Positions 27,734-37,578 are shown, counted from the first letter of the stretch. The stretch is 56,621 nt of DNA from Elusimicrobiota bacterium (GCA_043820025.1 JBDRED010000025.1:1-56621); one strand, 5' to 3'. The notes: generated by a model not told the origin, from the letters alone. Program-made: numbers and translations.

Positions 27734-29050
27734 ATGAGAGTCACAATCAGGCTTAGCGTAATAATCTTCCTTATTATTTTATATATAACAACCGCAAATA
27801 TAATTATAGCGCGCACATACGGCAATAAATCTTTTCTTGATTCCATTAATAATAAACGTATAGAAGTTACCGGCGAAGTAATATCGTTTCCAAGAATAAT
27901 TTCAGGCAGTAGAATCTCATTTCTGCTCAAAACAAAGACTATTCAGAATGATTATATAAATAAAAAAATTCAAGTTGTAATTTATGAAGACGAGGATAAA
28001 AAAATAAATTTTGGGAATTTTATAAGCGTAAGTGGGACATTGAAGAGTATTAGCGTTTCAGATGGGAGATATACGCCTAAAGAAATAAAATATCAATTAA
28101 AAGATTATTGCATAGGCAACTACAGCTTTGCCGGCAGGGGCAGTTTCTGGAGAATGTGCGTTCAAAAAACGCGGCAAGGAATAATCAATAAATTTATGAA
28201 GACTCATCGAGTTTTGCCTGCTCGTTTTCTTTCAGCTATTTTATTGGGCGAAAAAAATCTTCTAAAAAAAGAAGAGGTAAACGCGCTAAGAAACAGCGGC
28301 ATGAGCCATATTTTAGCCGTATCAGGACTGCATGTAGGCATTCTTATGGGCGCAATACTTTTATTGTTTGGCTTTAGAAAAAATAGGATTTCATGCAGTG
28401 TTATTATAATTGCATGCTGGCTGTATGTTTTTATTTCCGGGTTTTCACCTTCATGTGTCAGGGCGGCTGTGATGCTTAATTTTGCGCTATTAGCGTTTAT
28501 TTTTGACAGAGAATACAATGCGCTTTATTCGCTTATTTGCGCGGCTTGCATGATGCTTATTTTTAAACCAATCCTTATTTACAGCGTAGGATTTCAATTC
28601 TCATTTATCGCAACATTTGGAATAATTTATTATTTTCCGATTATATCCGGGTATTTAAATTTCCTTCCGGGATTTATTAGAAAAAGTTTAGCTGTAACTC
28701 TTGGCGCGCAGATAGCGCTATTTCCTTTAATTATTTTATATTTTCATGAATTGCCGATTTTGTCATTTATCAATAATATGATATTGGTTCCATTTGTGGG
28801 AATAATGCTTATTGTCGGCATAGCGTCAATAATTATTTCATTTGTCTCAATAAGCATTGCAGTATTGATTGCCGAATTAAATACTTTGATGGTAAAGATA
28901 TTTCTAAGCGGCGCGTTTTTATCGTCGTCAATATCATGGTGGAGTATTGAGATAGAAAACATATCAATTGCGGTTATTATTATTTATTATTTGTGTTTTC
29001 TTGCTCTGCCGTTTATTTCTTTTCCCGGCTTTCAAGCGAAGGAACATTGA
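27734..29050 (+). CDS. comEC: ComEC/Rec2 competence protein (no C-terminal MBL domain)
   Basis: SHILAVSGLHVG, SPS.VRA, GFQFSF motifs. Confidence 0.88.
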   Translation: MRVTIRLSVIIFLIILYITTANIIIARTYGNKSFLDSINNKRIEVTGEVISFPRIISGSRISFLLKTKTIQNDYINKKIQVVIYEDEDKKINFGNFISVSGTLKSISVSDGRYTPKEIKYQLKDYCIGNYSFAGRGSFWRMCVQKTRQGIINKFMKTHRVLPARFLSAILLGEKNLLKKEEVNALRNSGMSHILAVSGLHVGILMGAILLLFGFRKNRISCSVIIIACWLYVFISGFSPSCVRAAVMLNFALLAFIFDREYNALYSLICAACMMLIFKPILIYSVGFQFSFIATFGIIYYFPIISGYLNFLPGFIRKSLAVTLGAQIALFPLIILYFHELPILSFINNMILVPFVGIMLIVGIASIIISFVSISIAVLIAELNTLMVKIFLSGAFLSSSISWWSIEIENISIAVIIIYYLCFLALPFISFPGFQAKEH

Positions 29051-31289
29051 TAGACGATGTTGATAGAGCAAGGTATTCTAATGTTGTTCCTTTAATTAGA
29101 TTTAATGTGATTTTTTGCAGTTTTTTCGCGTAATCAGGCAGGGCTTTGTTTTGAGAGTCCTCTTGTTTATTTGATTTATTAAATGAAAATTCACTCGGCT
29201 CGGTCCCTTTTAGAAATACTTCAAGATACGCGTTTTCTGTGTCGTCAAACGCGCGTAGTCCGGTTTTAGGATCAATTGGTATAAAGGTAATGTCCTGCGG
29301 CACAGGGAAGTCAAGGTCAGGCTTATTTTTTACCGCTTCTATCATAAAATCAGTCCATATTGGGCACGCAATAACACCTCCGGCCATTTTATCTCCAAGG
29401 CTTTGATAGTTGTCATAACCTATCCAGACTGACGCAACTAATTGAGGGGTAAAACCAATAAACCATGCGTCTGTAAAATCATTTGTTGTTCCGGTTTTTC
29501 CTGCGGCTATTCTTCTGAGCCTTCTTGCATAACCGCCGGTGCCATTCTGAATAACTCCTTTCAGAAGATTTGTCATTATATATGCGGTTTGAGCGGAAAT
29601 AACCTCTCTTTGAACAGAGAAGTGTTCTTCTAAAAGGGTGTTTTGATTATCAAAGACCTTTATCACTGCATATGGCTCTGTTTTTACGCCTTGGTTCGCT
29701 ATTGTGCAAAAAGCGTTTGTGATTTCTAAAGGCGTTACAACAAATGATCCAAGCGCCATAGAGAGATAGGGGTCAACCTTACTTTTTATTCCCATTTTTT
29801 TTGCGTAATACGCTGCAGTGCTTGGGCCTACCGCTTTTAATAATTGAATTGCGCAAAGATTAATAGAGCCCTCTAAAGCTCGTCTAAGAATAATCTTTCC
29901 CAGGTATTCGTTTGTATAATTATTTGGCGTCCATATTTTCATTGGATCGTCAAAGTCTATCATTTCTCTGAAAGCTGTGGGGATTTCATTATAATTGGTG
30001 GTGTGCGCTATAAGTTCCCAGTCATTGCCGTTATTATAATAAACGCATGGCAAGTCATCCAGCATATTTACCGCTGTCCATCCGTTATCAATCGCAGCAG
30101 TGTAAATAAAAGGTTTAAAAGCGGAACCGGGCTGTCTTTTTGCTTGTGTAACTCTGTTAAACTGGCTTTCTTCAAAATTTCTACCGCCAACCATTGTTCT
30201 AATCTGTCCATTTCTAGGGTCTATAGCAATTATCGCGCCCTGCGCTTTATGAAAAAAAGTTGTTTTTTCAAGAAGATCGTCCATCGTCTGAATATCGGCT
30301 TTTGTATAAGAGGTGGTGTATTTTTTTAGATTACGTATTATTTCTAAAGATTTTCTTTGGTCAAATTCCGCCAAATGGGTTTCAATCGTTTTTTCTGCGG
30401 CTTTTTGCATTGAAAGATCTAGAGTAGTATAAATTTTTAATCCGCCCATATACAGCGTACTTCCATAAGTTTGTTCTAATTGTTGTCTTATATACTCGAC
30501 AAAATATGATGCAGGTCGTGTTTTATCGAATTTCTCTATGACTCCGAGCGGAGACAAGAGCGCTCCCCGCGCTGTTTTATAATCTATAAAGCCCATTTCA
30601 AGCATACGGTTTATAACAAGATTGCGTCTATTTATACAATCATTTGGACGTTTAAGCGGAGAATAATAGGATGGGGCTTTAGGAAGGCCTGCAAGCATCG
30701 CGCATTCTTCGAGGTTTAATTTTTCGACCGGTTTATTAAAATATAGCTTTGCGGCCGAAGAAATTCCGTAAGAGCCGTGTCCAAAATAAATTTGGTTAAG
30801 ATACATTTGCAGTATTTCGTCTTTTGAGTAATTATACTCAAGCTGAAGAGCAAGGAGTATTTCCTTGAATTTTCGTTTAAATGTTTTTTCACGAGTTAAA
30901 AATATGCTTTTCGCGAGCTGCTGCGTGATTGTGCTGCCTCCCTGCGCGTATCGTCTTTGAAGGAAGTTAGAAAACGCTGCGCGCATAATGCCCACAGGAG
31001 ATATGCCCCAATGAGAATAAAACTTATCATCTTCAATAGCCAAAATCGCGGTCTTCATGTAATCAGGAATTTTAGACAGAGGAACCAATGTGCGGCGTTC
31101 TATAAAAAATTCATCAATCAATTCGCCGTTTATATCGTACAATTTTGTAACCAGATTAGGCGTATAATCTTCAAGTTTTGATATTGAAGGCAGACCTTTT
31201 ATCATGCTTGAAATAAATAAATATCCGGTGCTAAACAAAGAAATAACACTAATTAATATAATTAGAAAATTTTTAAAATGTCTGCTCAT
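29013..31289 (-). CDS. Class A penicillin-binding protein (PBP1A family)
   Basis: EDDKFYSHWG, GGSTITQQL, RQPGSAFKP, SIN, GKTGTT. Confidence 0.95.
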   Translation of the reverse strand: MSRHFKNFLIILISVISLFSTGYLFISSMIKGLPSISKLEDYTPNLVTKLYDINGELIDEFFIERRTLVPLSKIPDYMKTAILAIEDDKFYSHWGISPVGIMRAAFSNFLQRRYAQGGSTITQQLAKSIFLTREKTFKRKFKEILLALQLEYNYSKDEILQMYLNQIYFGHGSYGISSAAKLYFNKPVEKLNLEECAMLAGLPKAPSYYSPLKRPNDCINRRNLVINRMLEMGFIDYKTARGALLSPLGVIEKFDKTRPASYFVEYIRQQLEQTYGSTLYMGGLKIYTTLDLSMQKAAEKTIETHLAEFDQRKSLEIIRNLKKYTTSYTKADIQTMDDLLEKTTFFHKAQGAIIAIDPRNGQIRTMVGGRNFEESQFNRVTQAKRQPGSAFKPFIYTAAIDNGWTAVNMLDDLPCVYYNNGNDWELIAHTTNYNEIPTAFREMIDFDDPMKIWTPNNYTNEYLGKIILRRALEGSINLCAIQLLKAVGPSTAAYYAKKMGIKSKVDPYLSMALGSFVVTPLEITNAFCTIANQGVKTEPYAVIKVFDNQNTLLEEHFSVQREVISAQTAYIMTNLLKGVIQNGTGGYARRLRRIAAGKTGTTNDFTDAWFIGFTPQLVASVWIGYDNYQSLGDKMAGGVIACPIWTDFMIEAVKNKPDLDFPVPQDITFIPIDPKTGLRAFDDTENAYLEVFLKGTEPSEFSFNKSNKQEDSQNKALPDYAKKLQKITLNLIKGTTLEYLALSTSSINVPSLESREKK

Positions 31290-31555
31290 ATTATAGTTCC
31301 CTGCATAGAGGCTAATTTGATATTGAAATTATACACTTTGAAAAGTAATTGTAAAGTAAAAATTAGATTTGCGTAGACGCTCGGCAAATTAGCCATATTT
31401 CAAAGTAATGGCCGGGGTTTTTATTAAATAGGGGTTGTCCCTTGAAAAAAAGTGTGGATTTATTTTTAAAAAGTGTTATATACTAAAGAAAGTCAGAAGG
31501 GTTATAATAACCTTTGAAATTGAAAAGCCTTAAATTTTATTTTAGGAGGTAATTT

Positions 31556-31999
31556 ATGGCAGATGAATTAATTGAGAATGAAAATGCCGGGGTATCCGGA
31601 GAGATGGTGTATGCCGGATTTCTTAGAAGAGGGTTTGCAGTTGTTTTAGATGGCGTTGTTATGGCATTCGCCGGCGCTGTAATTATAACGATCATTGGAT
31701 TTGTGTTTGGCGCGCTTAGCGTAAATATTTTTAATAATATTGGAATAATAATATATATATTTTATTACATTTTTATGATCGGCAAATACGGACAGACATT
31801 CGGAAAGAAGTGGCTAAATGTTAAAGTAGTAAATGATGACGGATCTTCGGTAGGTTACGCAAAAGCAGCATTACGTTTAATATGTTCAGCTCTTTCAGGA
31901 TTTATTTTGTTTATGGGATACATAGTTTATTTCTTTAATCCGCGCAGGAAGACGTTACATGACTACATTTTAAAAACTGTAGTTTTATTTACAAAATAA
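31556..31999 (+). CDS. RDD family membrane protein
   Basis: YAGFLRR..A..LD, GQTFGK, LHD. Confidence 0.9.
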   Translation: MADELIENENAGVSGEMVYAGFLRRGFAVVLDGVVMAFAGAVIITIIGFVFGALSVNIFNNIGIIIYIFYYIFMIGKYGQTFGKKWLNVKVVNDDGSSVGYAKAALRLICSALSGFILFMGYIVYFFNPRRKTLHDYILKTVVLFTK

Positions 32000-32011
32000 G
32001 GAGAGGTGATT

Positions 32012-33274
32012 ATGCGTAAAATATTATTTTTTGTCGTATTGGTTTTATTTTATTTAACAGGATCGTTGTTTGCGCAAAGAGACCCCGGAGTTTATGGAAG
32101 CATGGGAACAGCGGTGCTCACAGACGAACAGGGCAATAGGCGGTTATATAACCAGCTGAGTATTCAGCCTGAGTTCACATTAGGAAAAATCGGTATTGGT
32201 TTAAATCTTGTTCTTTATTTTGATGAAGAAGGTAATTTAAGAGAATCAGATTGGAATGATTGGAGCGATATACCTGAGAAAATACTATATATTAAATATG
32301 GCGAAAAAAGAGATCCTGTTTATGTTTATATCGGAGGAACATTTGGCATGACTCTTGGCCATGGCATTATTTTTGACGACTATTCTAACATGCTGCAGTA
32401 CCCGGATGTAAAAAATATAGCATTGGCATTTGATCTTGATTTTGGAATGACAGGATTTGAGACAATTACAACTAATATTAAAAGACTTGAGGTTGTAGGC
32501 GGCAGGGCGTATTATAGGCCGCTTTACAATTCCGATATGCCATTACTATCTAAGCTTGCTATTGGCGTTTCCGCAGGTATGGATGTTGATCCGGATAATG
32601 ATGAAACTACGAAAAATGACAAGGTTGCCGTAGTAGGCGCGGATGTGGATGTTCCTGTAATTGAGACTGACGCATTATCGGTTATTACATACTTTGATAT
32701 TGCTCAGATGGATCTTGGAAGCGTGTATACAAACGCCGGATCAAAAAATAATGGAATGGGATATGCTCCGGGCGTTATGGGTAAATTTCTCATATTTAAT
32801 TACCGCGCTGAATACAGGCGATTGCAGAATAACTTTTATTACGGATATTTTGACGTGTTTTACGAGGTAAATAGATCGAGCAAGCCGTGGTCCATTTCCT
32901 CGGCTGAAGAGCCATGGAGAGAAGGGCCGTATTTTGAATTAGGGTATAACTTATTAGGTAAAATTGATGTAATGGCTTCTTATGAAGACATTTCTCCTGA
33001 CACATATCAGGAAAATCCCAAAATTCACGCAGAGTTATCTATTGATAAATCTTTATTCTTGAATAAGATGTTTCTTAACTTCACTTATGACAAGAAAAAT
33101 GCTGAAACTTGGGATGATGTTATGAGTTTAGAAGGTCCAAACACAATAATGGTAACAGAATTAGGTTATAGTATGGGCGGTAATTTAATGCTTGTTATTA
33201 CAGAAAAGAAAACCTTTGACGCGTTTGGCAAGTCTTTAAAAACAACTACTATGGAGATGAGGTTTCAGTTTTAA
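32012..33274 (+). CDS. Putative outer-membrane beta-barrel protein
   Basis: Signal peptide (LFA), amphipathic beta-strand pattern, C-terminal MRFQF. Confidence 0.7.
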   Translation: MRKILFFVVLVLFYLTGSLFAQRDPGVYGSMGTAVLTDEQGNRRLYNQLSIQPEFTLGKIGIGLNLVLYFDEEGNLRESDWNDWSDIPEKILYIKYGEKRDPVYVYIGGTFGMTLGHGIIFDDYSNMLQYPDVKNIALAFDLDFGMTGFETITTNIKRLEVVGGRAYYRPLYNSDMPLLSKLAIGVSAGMDVDPDNDETTKNDKVAVVGADVDVPVIETDALSVITYFDIAQMDLGSVYTNAGSKNNGMGYAPGVMGKFLIFNYRAEYRRLQNNFYYGYFDVFYEVNRSSKPWSISSAEEPWREGPYFELGYNLLGKIDVMASYEDISPDTYQENPKIHAELSIDKSLFLNKMFLNFTYDKKNAETWDDVMSLEGPNTIMVTELGYSMGGNLMLVITEKKTFDAFGKSLKTTTMEMRFQF

Positions 33275-33298
33275 ATAATATATTTGCCGAGTATTTAT

Positions 33299-33340
33299 AT
33301 TCCGGGGACGTGCATTCGTTGTATGTCCCCGGAATTTTTT
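33299..33340 (+). terminator. Rho-independent terminator
   Basis: attccggggacgtgca/tgtatgtccccggaat stem followed by a T-run. Confidence 0.85.
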
Positions 33341-33392
33341 CAGCTTCATACTCAAATCAAATACGAATTTAAAAGATAATTGAGGGATTTAT

Positions 33393-34202
33393 ATGAATTT
33401 AAATAATACGGTTTCAGTTATGCGCGATGCTGCAAAGGATGCCGGCGAATATATTTTTAAGCGTGTTGGCAGGATTAAAAGGCTTGATTATAAGGGCGAT
33501 GTCAAGAATCTTGTTACGGATGTTGATAAAGGCGCTGAAAGGATTATTATTAAGCTGCTCAAAAAAAGTTTTCCTGAATATGGTTTCTTAGCTGAAGAAT
33601 CCGGATTAACAGAGTCTAAAAGCGATTATAGATGGGTAATTGATCCTTTAGACGGCACCACAAATTTTGCGCACGGTTTTCCTCATTTTTCTGTTTCAAT
33701 AGCGCTCGAACACAAGGGTAAGATAATAGCCGGAACGGTTTATGACCCTGTAAAGGACGAAATGTTTTACGCGTACAAAGGCGGGGGTGCGTACTTAAAT
33801 AAAAAAAGAATTACGGTCAGTAAAGAAAAGATGTTCGCAAAAAGTCTTCTTGCTACCGGATTTGCTTATGATATAAGAACGCACGCAAAATACACAGCTG
33901 AACTTTTAGTCAATTTATTATTGAATGCGCAAGAATTAAGGCGCGCCGGAAGCGCGGCGTTAGATTTGAGTTACATTGCCTGCGGCAGGTTTGAAGGATA
34001 TTGGGAGAGAGGTCTTTCGCCATGGGATACTGCGGCAGGATTTATTATTGTCGAAGAAGCGGGCGGAAAGGTAACAAACTTCAATAATCGAAAATATGAT
34101 CCATACCAGAAACAGATACTCGCGACAAATGGGAAAATTCATAAACAAATGCTAAAAATAATAAATAACAAGAGTCCAAAATCCGGAATTCATAATCTAT
34201 AA
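33393..34202 (+). CDS. suhB: Inositol monophosphatase family protein
   Basis: WVIDPLDGTTNF, RRAGSAALD, WDTAAG. Confidence 0.93.
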   Translation: MNLNNTVSVMRDAAKDAGEYIFKRVGRIKRLDYKGDVKNLVTDVDKGAERIIIKLLKKSFPEYGFLAEESGLTESKSDYRWVIDPLDGTTNFAHGFPHFSVSIALEHKGKIIAGTVYDPVKDEMFYAYKGGGAYLNKKRITVSKEKMFAKSLLATGFAYDIRTHAKYTAELLVNLLLNAQELRRAGSAALDLSYIACGRFEGYWERGLSPWDTAAGFIIVEEAGGKVTNFNNRKYDPYQKQILATNGKIHKQMLKIINNKSPKSGIHNL

Positions 34203-34297
34203 GAAATATATGAAGAAAAATAATAATTTTTATAACTATGAATGCGTTTTCTTGCTCTCGTTGTAATTTTTAACGGAATAATAGGGAGATATTTATC

Positions 34298-34906
34298 GTG
34301 AAAAAAATAATATTTTTTATTTCGGTATTTATGGTTATGAGTATGTGCGCTTTTACAAAACCTGAGAATGTAAAGGAGGCTGATATGGCGGACGTAAAAA
34401 AAATAATTCTTGTTATTGCTAATGAGGGTTTTAGAGACGAAGAATATTTAGAGCCTAAAAGGATATTAGAGGGAAAAGGAATTAAGGTTGTGACAGCCGC
34501 AAAGTTCAAACAAAACGCGCATGGCAAGCTTGGCGCAGTGGTTAACATAGATGAAGTATTGGATAATATTAAAATGGCAGATTATGACGGTATTTTCTTT
34601 ATAGGCGGGCCCGGGTGTAAAATCTATTGGAATGATCAGAAGGCGCATGCGCTTTTAAACGAGGCGGTTAATCAAGGCAAGGTAATCGGATCTATTTGCA
34701 GCGGCGGAGCAACACTTGCTTATGCAGGCGTTTTAGAGGGCAAAAACGCGAATTCCTTTAAAAGCGAGCAGCATATTTTAAGAGAGCATGGGGCAAATGT
34801 TCTGGAAAATCCTGTAGTTGTGGATGGAAAGATTGTGACAGCAAGTGGTCCTGCGGCAGCAAAGGAATTTGGCAAAAAAATATTGAAAATGATAATTATG
34901 GAATAA
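34298..34906 (+). CDS. DJ-1/PfpI family protein with N-terminal signal; internal start at 34385
   Basis: FRDEEY, GGPG, SICSG, VTASGP. Confidence 0.9.
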   Translation: MKKIIFFISVFMVMSMCAFTKPENVKEADMADVKKIILVIANEGFRDEEYLEPKRILEGKGIKVVTAAKFKQNAHGKLGAVVNIDEVLDNIKMADYDGIFFIGGPGCKIYWNDQKAHALLNEAVNQGKVIGSICSGGATLAYAGVLEGKNANSFKSEQHILREHGANVLENPVVVDGKIVTASGPAAAKEFGKKILKMIIME

Positions 34907-34999
34907 AAAAAGTTTGAGCTGACTGTGTGTTCAAAACAATAAAACGTATCCATAGTTTTTAAAGGATTTGATTGAATAGATAAAATTTAGGGGGGGAAT

Positions 35000-35794
35000 A
35001 TGATAAAGAAAAAAATTTTAGGAATTTTATTATTAATTTGCGCGCTTGTTGTTAGTAGCGCTATTGCCGGGAAGGTGGATAAAGACGCGGTTACGCAGAC
35101 ATCCGCAATAAACGCTCTATTAGAAGGCGTTTATGACGGAACTGTGAGCTTTAAAATGCTAAAAAAGTTCGGAGATTTGGGCCTAGGCACATTTGAAGCG
35201 ATTGACGGAGAGATGGTGATGCTTAATGGTATAGTATATCAAGTTAAGGCTGATGGCAATGTTTATAAGTCGGATGTAAATGCTATAACTCCGTTTTCTG
35301 TAGTTAAAAAATTTAATGCGGATCTTGTTGTAGATGTTCCGGCAGTTGCGGGTTATGATAAATTAAAACAATTCTTAGACGAGTTTATTGATTCAAATAA
35401 TATTTTTTATGCGTTTAAAATCCATGGCGAGTTTAAAAATGTTAAGACTAGAAGCGTGCCTCGTCAGTCAAAGCCTTATCCGGTATTAGCCGAGGTAATA
35501 AAAGAGCAGACAATATTTGAGTATAAGAATATTAAAGGTTATATTATTGGGTTTTGGTGCCCGAAATATATTAATGGAATAAATGTCCCGGGATATCATC
35601 TGCATTTTATATCAGATGATTATACAAAGGGCGGCCATCTCTTGGACTGCGAAGTGGAAAACGCTATAGCATCAATTGATAAGTCATATAGTTTTTATAT
35701 GATGTTGCCGCAGATTGAATCGTTTGAAAAAACTGATATTTCCGGTGAAAAAGAGAAATCGCTCATGCAAGTTGAAACAATGCCGGCCAAATAA
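35000..35794 (+). CDS. budA: Alpha-acetolactate decarboxylase with signal peptide
   Basis: GDLGLGTF..IDGEM, TRSVP.Q..PY, GYHLHF, GGHLLD. Confidence 0.92.
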   Translation: MIKKKILGILLLICALVVSSAIAGKVDKDAVTQTSAINALLEGVYDGTVSFKMLKKFGDLGLGTFEAIDGEMVMLNGIVYQVKADGNVYKSDVNAITPFSVVKKFNADLVVDVPAVAGYDKLKQFLDEFIDSNNIFYAFKIHGEFKNVKTRSVPRQSKPYPVLAEVIKEQTIFEYKNIKGYIIGFWCPKYINGINVPGYHLHFISDDYTKGGHLLDCEVENAIASIDKSYSFYMMLPQIESFEKTDISGEKEKSLMQVETMPAK

Positions 35795-35841
35795 AAGGTC
35801 AGTTTAATTTGTTTTTTTGATGAAAACTGATGAAAATTTAA

Positions 35842-35871
35842 TTGACAAGAATCATTCTCAAAATATAAAAT
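35842..35871 (+). promoter_or_regulatory. sigma70-type promoter upstream of the small basic ORF
   Basis: TTGACA followed by TATAAA (16-nt spacer) or TAAAAT (18-nt spacer). Confidence 0.55.
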
Positions 35872-35955
35872 ATGTTAAATTTAACCTATTGTCTGTGACG
35901 ACGATCAGGAAGAAGCCGGGTTTATTTGAATGCTTTTTAAAAGGAGGTGTTTTGT

Positions 35956-36036
35956 ATGGCCTGCAAGAAAAAAACAGCAAAAAAAACAGCGCCTAAGAAG
36001 AAATGCTGTTCTACAAAAAAAGCGAAATGTAAGTAG
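35956..36036 (+). CDS. 26-aa Lys/Cys-rich mini-protein MACKKKTAKKTAPKKKCCSTKKAKCK
   Basis: Hand-translated; AAGGAGGT Shine-Dalgarno 7 nt upstream; absent from the ORF track because of its length. Confidence 0.7.
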   Translation: MACKKKTAKKTAPKKKCCSTKKAKCK

Positions 36037-36171
36037 ACATAAAAAACGAGCGTTTAGGCGCGCGCGCGCTGAATCGAAGTTTGTGGATTGAAATGAATGA
36101 ACAATTTAGTTTCAAATTAGTACAACTGAGGCTAAAAATCTAAAAATAATTTTAATGGAAGATATGGGGCT

Positions 36172-36342
36172 ATGAAAGAATTTAACGATATTAATGTAGA
36201 TAGAAAAAGAAAGAAAGAAGGCGTTAATAAAAAAAGGAATAATGATTTTTTTGGAGAAAGGGCGCGGCTTAAAGATATTAAGCTTGCAAAAGAACTTAGA
36301 AAAAATAAGAAATACAAAAAAAATATGATAGATTTTGAATAA
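36172..36342 (+). CDS. 56-aa basic hypothetical protein
   Basis: Hand-translated MKEFNDINVDRKRKK...MIDFE; stops 2 nt from the convergent gene's stop codon. Confidence 0.5.
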   Translation: MKEFNDINVDRKRKKEGVNKKRNNDFFGERARLKDIKLAKELRKNKKYKKNMIDFE

Positions 36343-36344
36343 CG

Positions 36345-37472
36345 CTAAGACTTTCTTTTGAGAGTTATCAGCGCTATTTCAGGCGGAGAGAATAGGCGCA
36401 TGGGCGGGCCCCATGTGCCTGCGCCTCTATTTGTGTATATGTAACTATTCTTGTATTTATTCAAACCTTGCGGATACTCGAAAATCATCTTAATAATTAA
36501 ATTTCCCGGAAATATTTGTCCGTTGTGCGTATGTCCGGATAATTGCAGTAAGGCTCCCAAATCAGCGGCTTTTTTAAAATTTGCAGGCCTGTGCGTTAAA
36601 AATATAATCGGCCGTGAGCCTGAGCATTTTCCAAATAGTTCATCTATTGTATTTGACATTTTACCAATAAAGCTTGAGTGTTCTTCATCATCAAGCGCGA
36701 CAATATCAATTAGGTTATGGAATATTAGAACCTCATTTCTTAATAAAGGAATATTGGATTCTTTGAAAAGCTGTTCTATCTTATCAATCCCTGCGTAAAA
36801 TTCATGGTTTCCGGGCACAGCGTAAACAGGCGCAATTACTGAGAATTCTTTTAATATGTGTATTAAAGGCTTTGCCCGTCCCATGTCAGCGTCAACAAAA
36901 TCTCCGGTAATCACTATCAGGTCAGGATTTGTATTTTTGCAGAGAGCAATGATTTTTAAGAGTTCTTTTTCTCTAATCATTGTGCCTGCGTGCATATCTG
37001 ATAGGTGTAGTATTTTTAGTTCATCTGTGTTTAGTGTGGGCGCTTGTATTGTGATGTTGGTAATTGCCGGATGATGCGCTTCGTAAATCGCAAATACACT
37101 GAAACATAAAGTTAGTATTAAAAGCAGTACTGTTGAATAAAATATGAAAACAGAATTTTGGGTAATTGAGATTGAGAATATTTTGGAAAATAATAATAAA
37201 ATATAGAAAATACTGAATATGCTTATGCCAATAGTGGTAAATCCCAGCCATATTGAACCAATATATGTCAAGATAAATGGAATGGTATTAGGCGCGATCC
37301 TGTCCAATATTGCGCCTAATGGGTAAGAAACAGCTAAAACCGGCAATAAAACGCGTAGGTAAATTTTGACAGAAGGGATTCCTCTAATGATGAAAAAATA
37401 CATTAAAAGATTAAATCCAAAATAAGCGGATAAGAAAATCGTTAAAAATGTAAATATGGAAAGTATACGCAT
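36345..37472 (-). CDS. Membrane-anchored metallophosphoesterase (YkuE-like)
   Basis: SDMH, TGDFVD, GNHE, SGHTHNGQ, GPPMR. Confidence 0.92.
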   Translation of the reverse strand: MRILSIFTFLTIFLSAYFGFNLLMYFFIIRGIPSVKIYLRVLLPVLAVSYPLGAILDRIAPNTIPFILTYIGSIWLGFTTIGISIFSIFYILLLFSKIFSISITQNSVFIFYSTVLLLILTLCFSVFAIYEAHHPAITNITIQAPTLNTDELKILHLSDMHAGTMIREKELLKIIALCKNTNPDLIVITGDFVDADMGRAKPLIHILKEFSVIAPVYAVPGNHEFYAGIDKIEQLFKESNIPLLRNEVLIFHNLIDIVALDDEEHSSFIGKMSNTIDELFGKCSGSRPIIFLTHRPANFKKAADLGALLQLSGHTHNGQIFPGNLIIKMIFEYPQGLNKYKNSYIYTNRGAGTWGPPMRLFSPPEIALITLKRKS

Positions 37473-37578
37473 TACTATTACTCCTTAGGATTTCTTGAAT
37501 TAAAAATTTTCAATATTGACTCTTTTATTATAAAAATATAGCATATTGCTTATTGTATATAAATAAAAAAGTGGTTTG

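Noticed and set aside
34210-34266. Short ORF or frameshifted signal-peptide remnant resembling the DJ-1 start
   Set aside because: Too short and AT-rich to distinguish from chance; no RBS
36132-36317. 61-aa minus-strand Phe/Leu-rich ORF
   Set aside because: Mirror of the Lys-rich plus-strand ORF, which fits the gene layout better
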